This document shows, in pieces, positions 26,001-38,010 of a stretch of 64,000 nucleotides of DNA. The stretch comes from Mobula hypostoma. Lineage: Eukaryota. The stretch spans positions 45,136,001 to 45,200,000 of the forward strand of contig NC_086112.1 of assembly GCF_963921235.1 (NCBI RefSeq), in the 5' to 3' direction. The first letter of the stretch is position 1. Every line of letters begins with the position of its first letter. A model generated the notes under the pieces. That model ran no database searches. It saw only the letters and a program-made list of their open reading frames with translations, and had not been told where the DNA came from. Position numbers and translations under genes: made by a program.

Positions 26001-26684
26001 ACATGAGGGTGCATTCCATCTGGTCCGGGAGATTTATCTACCTTTAGACTATTCAGCTTCCTGAGTACTTTCTCTGTCGTAATTGTGACTGCGCACACTT
26101 CTCTTCCCTGCCACCCTTGAGTGTCCGGTATACTGCTGATGTCTTCCTCAGTGAAGACTGATGCAAAATACTTGTTCAGTTCCGCGCCATCTTCTTATCT
26201 TTCGGTCCTATATCTACTCTCACCTGTCTTTTACTCTTTATATACCTGAAAAAGCTTTTAGTAGCCTCTTTGATATTATTTGCTAGCTTCCTTTCATAGT
26301 TAATCTTTTCCCTCTTAATAACCTTCTTAGTTTTCTTTTGTAAGCTTTTAAAAACTTCCCAATCCTCTGTCTTCTCACTATTTTTTGCTTCCTTGTATGC
26401 CCTCTCCTTTGCTTTAACTTTGGCTTTGACTTCTCGTCAGCCACGGTTACATCCTTTTTCCATTCGAAAATTTCTTCTTTTTTGGAATATACCTGTCTTG
26501 CACCTTCCTCACTTCTCACATAAACTCCAGCCACTGCTGCTCTGCCATCCTTCCAGCCAGTGCCCCTTTCCAGTCAACTTTGGCCAGTTCCTCTCTCATG
26601 CCACTATAATTTCCTTTACTCCACTGAAATACCAACACATCAGATTTCGGCTTCTCTTTTTCAAATTTCGCAGTGGACTCAATC
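23028..26684 (-). mobile_element. CR1 LINE (5'-truncated), interrupted by a younger antisense CR1
   Basis: ORF 23688-24401 (QHGFLKGKSCLTNL, YLDFQKAFDKV, GVPQGSVLGP, KFADD); KSPGPDGMHP; VPEDWK|IANV is split at the insertion. Confidence 0.92.
24474..25910 (+). mobile_element. Young 5'-truncated CR1 with an uninterrupted RT C-terminal frame
   Basis: ORF to 25818 with all RT motifs; tail ttttctatgtttctatgt; 3-nt ttc overlap at both junctions; nearly identical to 39272-40710. Confidence 0.95.
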
Positions 26685-27114
26685 AGTAGGTCTGGCAGCA
26701 TCTGTGGGTACAGATGAATGGTCTTTGACCTAAAATATTAACTGTGTTTGTCCACCATTGATGCAGCCTGGCCTGCCAAAAACTATTTCAGTGTCAGATT
26801 CAGTGTCAATCTATTTCAGATTTCCAACACCAGCAGTTTATTGATTATTAAGCTTTATGACTCAAACCAAACTCAACAGAACACACTTACCAAAGCTCAT
26901 TGAGGGATTATTAGAACGTCTATATCTTTTAGAAGTTAGCATGCATCTTATTACACTGAAATAATGAACTGTATACTTAAATTACTACATTATTGTGTGT
27001 TATTCTGTTATTATCTCCATTCATTTTACAAATAAAATACATACTTTCAGTTAAGCCATTGAAATATGAAAGAAAGTCAAGAAATAAAGACTAGGAGGAT
27101 AAATGATCGATGTC

Positions 27115-27120
27115 TTTATT
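27115..27120 (-). terminator. Probable FBP1 polyadenylation signal AATAAA
   Basis: First AATAAA on the minus strand, ~230 nt after the stop codon. Confidence 0.6.
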
Positions 27121-27350
27121 TTTACTCCTTCATTAATGTATGTACATGGTACAGATGTTGTTTACTTAGTTATATAAAGACATACAAAAACTATGCTGAC
27201 CTCAAATACACCACAGACAGCTCTAGGAATTGGAATCAATGATCTGATTCAGATTATTGTTGAAATGTTATTCTGCAAGGATGAAATTAACTATCTTTGG
27301 TCCAGGTTCTTAATTCAGAGTTTGCATTCACATTTCTTCATTACATGCCT

Positions 27351-27536
27351 CTATGAAGATTGATTTACAATGTTGAGGTACTCCTGAACGTCATCTCTGG
27401 ACCCCATTATGATTGGTGCCCGTTGGTGAATGGATTCAGGTACAATGTCCAGCACTGCTTCCTTTCCTGTGGTGGCCATACCTCCTGCTTGCTCTATAAT
27501 GTATGCCATAGGATTGCACTCATATAGAAGTCGAAG
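27351..27536 (-). CDS. FBP1: FBP1 coding exon 7 (terminal)
   Basis: ttttag|[61 protein letters not shown]. Confidence 0.96.
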   Translation of the reverse strand, partial: LRLLYECNPMAYIIEQAGGMATTGKEAVLDIVPESIHQRAPIIMGSRDDVQEYLNIVNQSS

Positions 27537-27879
27537 CTAAAAAAAGAGCATTCAAGAAATTAGTTTGTGAAGTAAAAGCTATTTTTTTTTCAGTTCTTTC
27601 CCCTCCCAGTCATCAGGAACATGACCTAAGTATATATTTCCCAGTGAGCACAAACCCTATTGGCCTTATTCTTAAGTCTGAGTATTTTTTTTAGGAGAGG
27701 TCACTGAGCAGCAATCCCAAATCACTTGGTGATTTTTCTCCTCAAAAACGTACTACCTCTGTCAAACCATTCAACCAGACAACATAAAGAAGCAGTTAGA
27801 GGAATTCCCTGCAACAGAGTGCAGTAATGTCAAAATGTGTTGGATTTTAAAAAAGAACAGCTATTCAGTCCTCAGGATC

Positions 27880-28280
27880 GGGGTATATTGAGTAATCCAA
27901 TATCTATTGCCCATCCCAGGTTGTCCTGGAAAAGGTAGTGTTAAAACACCTTCTGCAGTCCATATTGGGAAGGAACTCTCAGCGTTATTGGGAAATGAGT
28001 TCCAGGATTTAAATCCAGTGACAACAAAGGAGCAGCAATATATTTCCAAGTGAGAATAGTTTGTGACATAGAGAGGAACATATCACTGGTGGTGTTTCTA
28101 TGCTCCTGCAGCACTGGTCTAACTTGGTAGTTGAGGATGCAAGTTTGGGAGTTGCTGTCAGAGTAACCCAGGTGAGTAAGTGTAGTGCATTTTGTTGATT
28201 GGATGCATTGGAGCCAAAGTGTGTTGATGATGGAGGGAATTAATGTTTAGGATGATGGATGAGGCGCCTTACTGCCCTAG
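27880..28280 (-). mobile_element. Ancient LINE 3' fragment (same family as 38650-39271)
   Basis: Shared diverged sequence, e.g. ttccaag(t)...gtgac...agaggaaca in both copies. Confidence 0.55.
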
Positions 28281-29530
28281 GGAAGCAGTCTCAGTAACAC
28301 TTCTGTGGCATTATGTCATCCTGGCTGATAATATGGTTGTTCTGTGAGTGTTAGAAAGATGCTGTTACTCATTTTCTGGTTCTCTCTCCTGAACTTTTCT
28401 GTCTTCTTCTGCCTCATCACTCTCTTCCATTACATAAGGTACAAAGTGGTAGGAAACGCCAAAGTAACTCACAAATTGCAGCTGAATAAATTTGGCTAAA
28501 GCCCACAGACCTATAGTTTTCTTGCTCTCTGATTCAGCATGGCCTTTGACAAGAATCCTGATCCACGAACACATATCCACTTAACCCTGCATTGAAGGAC
28601 ACCACAATATCCATGTGTCCAATTGGTCACTAATAGTTCAACCCTAGTGCAATAATTTATTGATAATTCCAAGGACTTGCAGATTCTTCCAAAGCTGACC
28701 CAGTCTAAGCCTGATACGTATAGTCATGTTGGTTCTGTTTAGGAGGCTAAATTTGGGAAGGTGACTATAAGAAAAAATGTTGCCTGACTGGAATTCTTTC
28801 TCATGTTTGTTGTACTTGCTCATTTAATATTTCCAGAGATTTTGCACTGGAGGTTGCTATGAGTAGGAGGTGGAAGTGATGACACGGGGCCCTCTACAGG
28901 GCGGCTGAAACACATGAAGACAGTGAAAGTATGGTGTGTCTCCTGAATTAACTGAAACATAATGAAATAGACAGCTTTGAAGTTGACCAAGAAGTGTCAG
29001 TTAAAACTGTGACTTCCAAGCTAAAATAGAAATTAGGACTGCATTTACTTTTTATAGAAAATAGCATTTATAGAAAAAGCTACAGTATATCTGTACTCAA
29101 GGTTTGTCCTCATGTTTTATAGACTTTACATTTGATATCCCTATGCTTGCATCCTATGCACGCAGGCAACAAGGAAGAGTGCTACATACCTTCTTTATCA
29201 TCTGATTTAGCTATCCTACTAGTTCAACGCTTTAGGCACACACTCCCTTGCACTTCTCTATACACTTGTACCAGAATTCAGTGTTCATACTCTCATTATT
29301 CCCATTCTTTGCATTACAAACCCACAATAATGAATGAATACATTCTGTCAAGAACCCATTAAAGGAGAATATCTTGAAATATTGCTTGCAGAATATGCAG
29401 TTAAATAAATACACCAGGAGATCACTAACAGACACCTGGTAAAGGTCATAGAAAATAAATGTTTGCAAGTGGGTTTTGAACACTCTACGTTTTATTTTTG
29501 AAGAGTTGGTTTGCGTGGCTCCAGTCATAC

Positions 29531-29650
29531 CTTGCCTTTGGGACTCTTTGAATTGGCGGGGTACAGAAAGATCCCTCCATACATCAGGGTCCGATGAACA
29601 TCTGCAACCATGGACCCAATATACCTTGCACCATAGGGAGCACTGCCATC
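29531..29650 (-). CDS. FBP1: FBP1 coding exon 6
   Basis: cag|[40 protein letters not shown]|gtatga; 120 nt. Confidence 0.97.
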
Positions 29651-29676
29651 CTGTGGGTCAAAGTGAGGTACATCTT

Positions 29677-29882
29677 TATTTTATTTATTGAGTTACATTA
29701 CAGAATAGTCCTTCCAGCCCCTTTGAACCATGCCACCCAGCAACCCTTGGTTTAACCCTAGCCTAAACACATGACCAATTTGCCCACCAATCGGTACTCC
29801 TTTAGACCGTGGGAGGAAACCAAAGTACCTGGAGAGAGCCCATGCGTTTCATGGGAGTGCTAACCACTACGCGACCATGCCA
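29677..29882 (-). mobile_element. HE1/V-SINE-like SINE
   Basis: A-box-like head, central ggtttcctcccac domain, AT-rich tail; homologous to 31552-31832. Confidence 0.6.
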
Positions 29883-29978
29883 TCTCCTGTTACATACAGT
29901 CATCTTGGATCTGCTACTTTAGATAGATGAAAGAGGCTGCATGCTCTATTTAAACAAGTACAATGTTCTTCACCATAC

Positions 29979-30116
29979 CTTTGGAAATTTCTTTCTCGTT
30001 ATGTATTCTGTAACTGCAGGATCAAAGTACTTTGCATAGCCTTCATTAATGCTGTAAATATTTCCCTTCTTTTTCATGGTCACATTCTTGTCCACCAAAA
30101 TGAATTCTCCAATAGC
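29979..30116 (-). CDS. FBP1: FBP1 coding exon 5
   Basis: tag|[46 protein letters not shown]|gtatgg; 138 nt. Confidence 0.97.
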
Positions 30117-31110
30117 CTAGATTTACAAATTATTAATTAAAGTCAGTTATAAATGCACAGCATGGAGGATGAATTGACATCCAAAGTCTCAGTTGTACCA
30201 GTGCAAAAGATTTAATCTATACACTGAGTAGAATTAAGATTACACATTTGCATAGATAGAACAAGCAACACTGATTGGTCTGAATTGAAATGGTTTAGTT
30301 ACAAGAACCAGTATCACTATTTCCAAGGTAGAATAAACATTCTATCATTGAAGCAGCTATCAAAAGTTTCCTATCACATCTGAAAATGTTACAGGTAGCA
30401 CTATGATCTGTAGTCCACACAAGTTATCATGGAGGAGTAGATTGTGCAAAGAATGTAAACCCAGTTGTTAATTTATTATAGGTAATCATTCACACATCTT
30501 TGGAAGCATGAATCTACCACTGGTAAACAAAGACAGCCGTTAACAAAAATTAACAAAGTAATACCAGAATTTTCTGACTGCTGGCTAATTGCGGGCCAGC
30601 AATCAATGACCATTCCAAATCTCCCCAAGTATGGAAAAAGTCAATATTACAAATGTACTCTGAATTACAGACTGAAATCTTTTATTAGCACTGATTTATC
30701 ACTCAGTAAAACTGAAAAGAATCGATATGTGTCATTTTGCTTCACATTGAGAGGGGTTACAATCTGGAACCTAGTCCCTGTAGAAGAGATGGAATTAGAA
30801 TTGATCAGGGCATTTGTAAGGTAAGTCAATTTGTAGTGCTATGTGATCTGAGTCAGGGAATGGTACTGACAGGGTTGAACGATAAGGAGTTGTTACAAAC
30901 TTATTTTTCTTAACGATGGATGGAACAAAAAAATACAATGAACGAAAAGGTGATTACATGACATGGTGGGGTGGGGAGAGGTGTAGGGGTGGTGGTAGTG
31001 GAGAAACAACAATAGATTTTTTCCTGTTTACTAATCACAAATAGATTTGATGGAATGACTCTTTTCATTTTTGTTACTTTCAGCAAATAATGCAAGTTTC
31101 AAGCTCTTAC

Positions 31111-31251
31111 TGGATCCAGCATGAAGCAGTTCACTCCTTTTCCTGCAGACAATACCAGCATTGTGGCACTGCCGTACAGTGCATAACCAGCTGCTATGAT
31201 GTTACGACCCGACTGCAAAGCATCCTTCTCATTTGGCTGGCTGTCAGAAGT
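31111..31251 (-). CDS. FBP1: FBP1 coding exon 4
   Basis: cag|[47 protein letters not shown]|gtaaga; 141 nt. Confidence 0.97.
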
Positions 31252-31551
31252 CTGAATATACAGAAAGGACACGTTACCAGCTTTATCTGATAGGGGAAAA
31301 ACACATTACATTCTAAAAGTACGTAGGAACGTTAATGATACAGCTTCCCTCCACCTGTCCTAATAGTACAGGCAGTGACCAAAACAGAACTTCTTAGCCT
31401 TCCTATGAAGGATTATCCTTCACGCATGAATTTGATTAGTGAGTATCTGCAACTACTGGTCAATGAAGGGCAGAATGGTATGAGTTTGATCTTGTCTTTA
31501 TTTGAAAACCAAGAATGGGGAGATCAATATCACAACCATAGCCAGGATTAT

Positions 31552-31832
31552 ATTTATTTATTTTTCACTTCGAGATACAGTGTGGAACAGGCCCTTCAGG
31601 TCCAATGAGCCATGCTGTCCAGCAACCCACCTATTTAACTCCAGCCTAATCACAGCACAATTTATAACAGCCAATTAACCTACTAAGTGGTACATCCCTG
31701 GAACATAGGAAGAAACCAGAGCACCCAGAGGAAACCAACATGCTCGTGGGGAGAAATATACAAAGTCAGATGATGTCGTAAATGAGGTCTGACGCCCTCA
31801 GCTGTAACAGTGACGCGCCAACCGCTATGCTA
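31552..31832 (-). mobile_element. HE1/V-SINE-like SINE
   Basis: tRNA-like head (tagcatagcggttggc), V-domain-like ggtttcctctgggtgctctggtttcttcc, AT tail. Confidence 0.65.
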
Positions 31833-32769
31833 TAGGTAGAACATTTTTGTTAGCACTGATTAATGGGCCAGTCAAATCTTGCACAAAATGGATGTGAACT
31901 TTGTGTTTTATTGAGGGGGAGGGCGGAGGTTGTGGCTATAGGAAAGTGGTGTTTTATCTCTGCAGCAATAACAGGCCTAATCTCCCCAGCCTCAACCCTA
32001 ATCCAGCAACATCGTCAATCCCAGAATTAAAATTGCTCACCCTACTGAGTCTACCAGATAAAGCACGGCATGGAAGTTAAACCAGGAATATTTGGCTGTT
32101 TCATTTGTGATTTCGGAACATCACACCCATTAGGTCAAGAGTGGGAAAGGAATGATTTTCTCCTTTCATCATTTATTCCACTTTGGAATGGATGTTACAG
32201 AGTTAATTTTTCAGGTCATTCATTTAGCTGATGTTTAGCAAAGAATAAAGCAGATTTAAACTAAAATTTTATGGACATAAAAAGGAAATAAAGGCACATG
32301 TCTATTAAAAGAAATTGAAGAATAAGTGAAAAATACTAATGGGCAATTGATGTTCCCTTCAGGAACCTAGCGGCAAACAAGATCAATCATTTAAGAAACC
32401 AAAGAGTACTTTAACGATCATGATGTGCAGATAAACAGCCCCACTGTCTTCCCAGTAAAATTTTACAGGAAAAACTAATAAACACATCTTGGTGTCTCCC
32501 ACAAAGGATACTTGAGGCTCTGCAATGATGCATCAATTTTGATAATAGCTTTAGTCCTAAGAAATTCCTAATTTTCTTGATCAAATAGAAGTGCGGACAG
32601 GATCTTTAACCAAGCCAAGTGGAAACTGAAGTAAGTAGAATTTTACAGAATAGGTCATTCTGGTCAGCTGACCCATGTGTGTACATTAGCACCGTGAAAT
32701 GAATCTCTTTCAAACTTTAGGTGTTGCCATTTCCTTCTACTCAGATATTGGTAATGGTTCCTTAAGGTT

Positions 32770-33322
32770 TTTATATGTTGGGGTGGCAATGGGGACAAGG
32801 TCTCACTACCTATTAAATGTTCCCAATGGGGTGTGGCCCCTGACAACCAAGTCCACTTCCTGGCCTTCACGTGTGGCTTAGCTGCTAAGCCCAGCAAAAC
32901 CATTTCTATTGACAGGAAAAGGGGCAATGGTGGGTTATTGGTGTCTTAAAACCGTCGCTTTGGGCAGATGGGGCTTGTCAGCTGAGGTTGGCAGCTCACC
33001 TAAGAGATGGAAAACTCTGATCTCAAACCTCTGCTGTCTTCCCCGCTAATGGGGAAGGCTTAGGGAGTAAACCCTGAGGGAAAATTCCGGAGCTGGAGTC
33101 CCTAAGGCAGTCCTGCATCAATGCTGACTGACAACTCCTGCGATGCTGGTAGTACCAAAATGTATCGGTCTTTGCTGTTCCTTTGGGTTCATCAGATGCA
33201 TGGAGAGGGGGAGTTTGCTACATGAGCAACAACTTGCTCTCCATATTATACTGCCCAGGCTTGCATATCTAGACAGCTAGCATGCAACATCGATGGTCGA
33301 TCCTGACCAAGGGAGGCCTACG
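32770..33322 (+). mobile_element. Non-coding RTE-related (bipartite) non-autonomous retroposon
   Basis: Structured 5' part and RTE-like 3' end (...gaccaagggaggccta); family assignment from recalled similarity only. Confidence 0.45.
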
Positions 33323-33794
33323 AGATAATTGGAACTTCTACCATGAAAACTAAGCAAACCAAACAGAGACAAACTTTGTCTAGTTGGTTAGAGCCAGGGT
33401 GAGCTGACTAATCTGGCCAGAATCAGATATATTCAATAAATGTAGGACTAAGATCATATACTCAGCATTTTACAAAGCTGCCACATCAAACTAATTTTCT
33501 ATTTAGCTCACATTGATGAAGTCATTGAGTCGGTATTTTTAGTTTTGGATTTAACACCAATCTAATATTCTCCCTGCCTCTTGACTAATGATGCAGTAAA
33601 TCCAAGGAGCTGCGAGAATATTACACTCTTATAGTAGCAAGAAATTTCCGTTTAAACAACTGGACCGTGAAACCACCAAATTATCCAGCCTCCTATTAAC
33701 TGCTTGGAAGTGGAAAATTTTACCTGTCAAACTAGTTTTGTTCTCCACCCAAGATAGAAATGGACCTGATCAATTATTACACATGATCACACAC

Positions 33795-34487
33795 ATGAGA
33801 AAATCTGCAGATGCTGGAAATCCGAAGTAACACATGCAAAATGCTGGAGGAACTCATCAGGCCGGGCAGCATCTATGGAAAAGAGTAAACAGTCGACGAT
33901 TCGGGCCGAGACGCTTCATCACGACTGGAAAGGAAGAGGAAAAGGAGAAGTCAGAGTAAGAAGGTGGGGGAGGGGAGGAAGAAATACAAGATGGTAGGCG
34001 ATAGGTTAAAATGGGGGGGAGTGAAGTTAAGAGCTGGGAATTTGATTGGTGGAAGAGATAAAGAGCTGATAGGAGAGGACAGAAGACCATGGAAGAAAGG
34101 GAAGGGGAGGAGCTCCAGAGGGAGGTAATGGGCAGTTAAGATGAGAGAGGGAAACAGGAATGGGGAATGGTGAAAGAGTCGGGGGTGTCAATTAACGGGA
34201 AGTCTGAGCAATCGATATTCATGCTATCAGGTTGGAGGCTATGCAGACAGAAAATAAGGTGTTGTTCCTCCAAACTGAGTGCAGCCTCATCGCGGCAGTA
34301 GAAGAGGCCATGGTCTGAAACATGCCGGAACGGGAATGGGGAGTAAAGTTGAAATGGGTGGCCATTTTTTGTGGCAGACAAAGTGAAGGTGCTCGGCAAA
34401 GCGGTCTCCCAATCTACGTCGTGTCTCACCGATATACAGGTGGCCACACCGGGAGCACCAGATACAGTAGATGACCCCAGCAGACTT
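33795..34487 (-). mobile_element. Older Penelope 3' fragment with a degenerate hammerhead (33891-33926)
   Basis: GIY-YIG remnant (LEEQHLIFCLHSLQPDSMNID); hammerhead cores mutated to GTGATGA and GAATC. Confidence 0.85.
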
Positions 34488-34704
34488 GATTTGATGATGG
34501 GTTTGACATTTGTTGCACTGTTGAAGGCATTATTGTAGAATTGGCCAGCCTGAAGCTGTGACTGCCCTCACATGACTACTCCCCACCCCACCCCCCAATA
34601 CTATGCCACCTTGTTGTAATTAATGAAGCTTTACATAAACCTTATAAAAATATCCAGTCAGTAATATATCTCTGCAATTGCTGAAGGACAAAGACATCCG
34701 ACAC

Positions 34705-34788
34705 TGGTGAAATCAATGTATTTATGTTTTTATGGTGAAATCAATGTATTTATGTTTTTATGGTGAAATCAATGTATTTATGTTTTTA
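34705..34788. repeat. Perfect 3 x 28-bp tandem repeat
   Basis: (tggtgaaatcaatgtatttatgttttta)3. Confidence 0.95.
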
Positions 34789-34856
34789 AAGAACTATTTT
34801 TTCACACCTCATTTATTTTTGGCAAGGCAATAGAAAAAATGTCAAGTCATGCTTAC

Positions 34857-34949
34857 CTTTTTATAAATAGCAAAAATTGTTCCTATGGAAACAAGGCAGT
34901 CAATATTGGAAGAGCCATCTAGTGGATCAAAGCAAACAATATACTTTCC
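34857..34949 (-). CDS. FBP1: FBP1 coding exon 3
   Basis: cag|[31 protein letters not shown]|gtaagc; 93 nt; catalytic DPLDGS motif. Confidence 0.98.
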
Positions 34950-35717
34950 CTGAAAGTAAGGATATATTTGTCAAAGTAGCATTATCATTCCTTCCAATTT
35001 TCTTTACCTTGCAAGAAAACTACTAAAACAACTATGCAGTAGTTTTGAATGCACACCCACAACAAAATCCTTACACAGTTGATTTTTGGGAGTACTTCCA
35101 ACCCTTCACAAGGGCCCATTAGGATGAGGAATAAATGCTGGTTTTTCAAGCAACTCCCACATCCAAATGATACCTTGTGCCATTTCTGATTTTCCAAATG
35201 CCTAGCCTCTCAGCAAGATGGTCATCAGGCAGAAGGGCTGAGATGTGCAGAGCCACGAGGGATGGGGTGTGGGGAAAGAACTCACCGCAAATTCTCTGAT
35301 GCAATATCCCCACACAACCTTCATGAAGTTAAATGCATGAACCATGTGTCAGTCATTTACAATGGCACCGCTGGATTAACATTCTGATTAAATTGAGGTA
35401 AATGACAGAGCTGGCATTGAACACAGTATTTCTCTAGGATAAATCAGGTTAAACCCCCAGCTGAGAATAATGCAAAATGAACAAGTTCTAACCCATTGAT
35501 AATCAACAAATTACATGCAACACTTGAAGCATATGCAGTCTAATATATAAAATAAACCTATACAGCATGCTTTATCCAACCACAATTGTCATTTCTACAA
35601 ACTGTACAATTTTAAGAGAAATTTTATAAAGTTTAATCTTACAAAGTTTACAACCTTTTCCTTAAAATTTGTAAAATTTCTCTTAAAATTTTAGAAATTA
35701 ATTTCCTTTGTACTGAC

Positions 35718-35883
35718 CTGTTTGTCTGGATCTATGATGATAGCATTCTTTTCCTCTTCGGATACAAGGACACATGTACTGAAGGAGGATTTTAACATGT
35801 TTACTACCATGTCATTGGAAAGTACATCGAGCTTCTTCACCTCATCTCCTGTTACATTGACACCGCCTCCAGAAAGCCCATAC
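35718..35883 (-). CDS. FBP1: FBP1 coding exon 2
   Basis: cag|[55 protein letters not shown]|gtcagt; 166 nt, one codon longer than the mammalian exon. Confidence 0.97.
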
Positions 35884-37795
35884 CTGGAAAAGAAATTAGG
35901 TGTTAGTATCATTGTACATAATTTCCCTGGATAAAGAGAAATATTTGCTATGCAAAGACATCTACAGAAATTAGATGTTAATCTTATTCATAGCTTCTTA
36001 TAATGTGCTGAATGGTGTTGTTTATGCTTGGCTGTTAAAGAGAAGCTTCAGCTTGCAGCCAGCTGCTCTGAGTTAAGTCTCAGACTTGCACTGACTCATT
36101 GTAAGTTTAAGGTTTTTGTGGAGTCCAATGGCGGAGCTCTGTCCTGTTGGGATTCCTCAGCATTATGTAGTTTCTCAAGCCGAAGAGTCTAGACCTAGGG
36201 AATATAATCTCAGCAAAATGGGACACCTGGTTAGAAATGAGGAGGTACCCACAACATTGTAAATATTTGGAATTCCCCAATTTACAGGATGGTGTGTGCT
36301 CAGTCATGGAGCATATTCAAGACTGAGTTTGACAGTTTAAGACATCAACGAAATCAAAGGAAATTTGGAACGACTGGCAAACTAGATGAAGTACAGGATT
36401 AGTGCGATTTGATTTTACTAAATAGTGGAACAAGCTCACGATAGCCAATGGCTGATTCCTTCCTCCAGTGAATCCGAGTTTCATTTTAGGCTCAACAGTT
36501 ATTTTAAAAATGTAAACCATTTTATTTTTATTTTGCCTTGCTCCTAGAAGTCCTATTGATTCTGTTGGTTAGGTCACACTGGCCATGGTAGTTCTTCAAG
36601 CCACATCTCTTTAGATCAGTCAGCACTTTACATTCTGGGTCCTAAAACTAAAATTGGAACTTAATTTGCACATTTAAGGTTTCTCTTTTAGATCATGAGA
36701 AGTCAGTCAGACCAAGAAAATTCTGATAAGTTTTCAAAGCAGGTTGAATGTGAAAGTTTCAAGGTTGAAAATGAATGCTACACACAAAGCAGATGGCTAT
36801 AAGTTGAATTTCTCTTCTGTACATAAACTGTCACACAAAGAACCTTGGAAGATTATTTCAAAGCTTCGGACACATCCTTCTGTATAATTGTTTACATTTT
36901 AAAATTTTGAGGCAAGTTGGGTAGAAACCTTGCACCAAGGTTATAGCATTGGTTGCTTCAACAAGTAAGAGCAGAAAATTCTGGGCTGAGCACTAAAATT
37001 ATCCTACCAATGACATAATGTATCCAAGTTGCTTATTCCAAAATGTCAGGCAATTTAAAATTGCAAGTGCATGATCAGCAATCTATTTTGTCTCGTTTGC
37101 CTTTTAAAAACAAGCTGACTGAATGGGATTTAAGATTTAAATTGTAACCACTTAAAATATCTTTCAGGCTGTAGCAGAGACAATTAGTTGCATGTCTTAT
37201 ACCTGATTTTGTGATTTCCTCCCTCCTATGAAAATAATGAAAATGATCCTGACTTTTGGAGAACAGCATTCATCAGGCAGATTACATATTCTACCTAGAC
37301 TGCACTGCGACAACCCCAGACCAAAAATCAACCTATCTTCCATGCATTGCAGTTTAAACTTTAAAGAATGATTGTGTCAGCAAAACTAGATAACTGAAAG
37401 CAGACTTTTAAACTGAGCAGATCTATTAAAACCGTGTAAACTTTAGAAAGATAGCAAAGGTAAACACAGCTGATTATGTCTGCCAATCTTTATAGAGTCA
37501 TTAAAAGTTGACAGGAATTAATTTGGAGAAATTCAATAAACCTGTAAACATTTTAAGTCTTTCTGACTCCAAAAGCATCAGCTTTGTCTTTCCCCTCTGG
37601 CATGTTTAAAAGATAATCCTGTATGGCAGCCGCAGTAAATAGAACGCTTTGGGCTTAGTAATTATGACTTGATATTCTGGTTTGGTTTGTTTTACATTCC
37701 CCTCAGGAAATTAGACAAAGCAGGCTATTATGAATTCACTACAGCCCTATTCCCCCACCTATGGACTTCAGGGAAAAAGAAGAAACTGATATAGA

Positions 37796-38010
37796 AGCAA
37801 CACACATCAAAGTTGCTGGTGAACGCAGCAGGCCAGGCAGCATCTCTAGGAAGAGGTACAGTCGACGTTTCCTGATGAAGGGTCTCGGCCTAAAACGTCG
37901 ACTGTACCTCTTCCTAGAGATGCTGCCTGACCTGCTGCGTTCACCAGCAACTTTGATGTGTGCTGCTTGAATTTCCAGCATCTGCAGAATTCCTGTTGTT
38001 TGCGTTTTTA
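37796..38010. mobile_element. 215-bp Penelope-derived fold-back element centred on a hammerhead remnant, 13-bp TSD
   Basis: 75-bp arms 37796-37870 / 37893-37967 (2 mismatches); TSD aaactgatataga at 37783-37795 and 38011-38023. Confidence 0.93.

Noticed and set aside
34705-34788. CRISPR-like array (also 57465-57524)
   Set aside because: Head-to-tail tandem units with no spacers, in eukaryotic DNA
37872-37903. Active hammerhead in the 215-bp fold-back
   Set aside because: GAAA box mutated to AAAA and the stem-I 5' strand is missing; copies at 33891, 46825 and 55445 are also core-mutated
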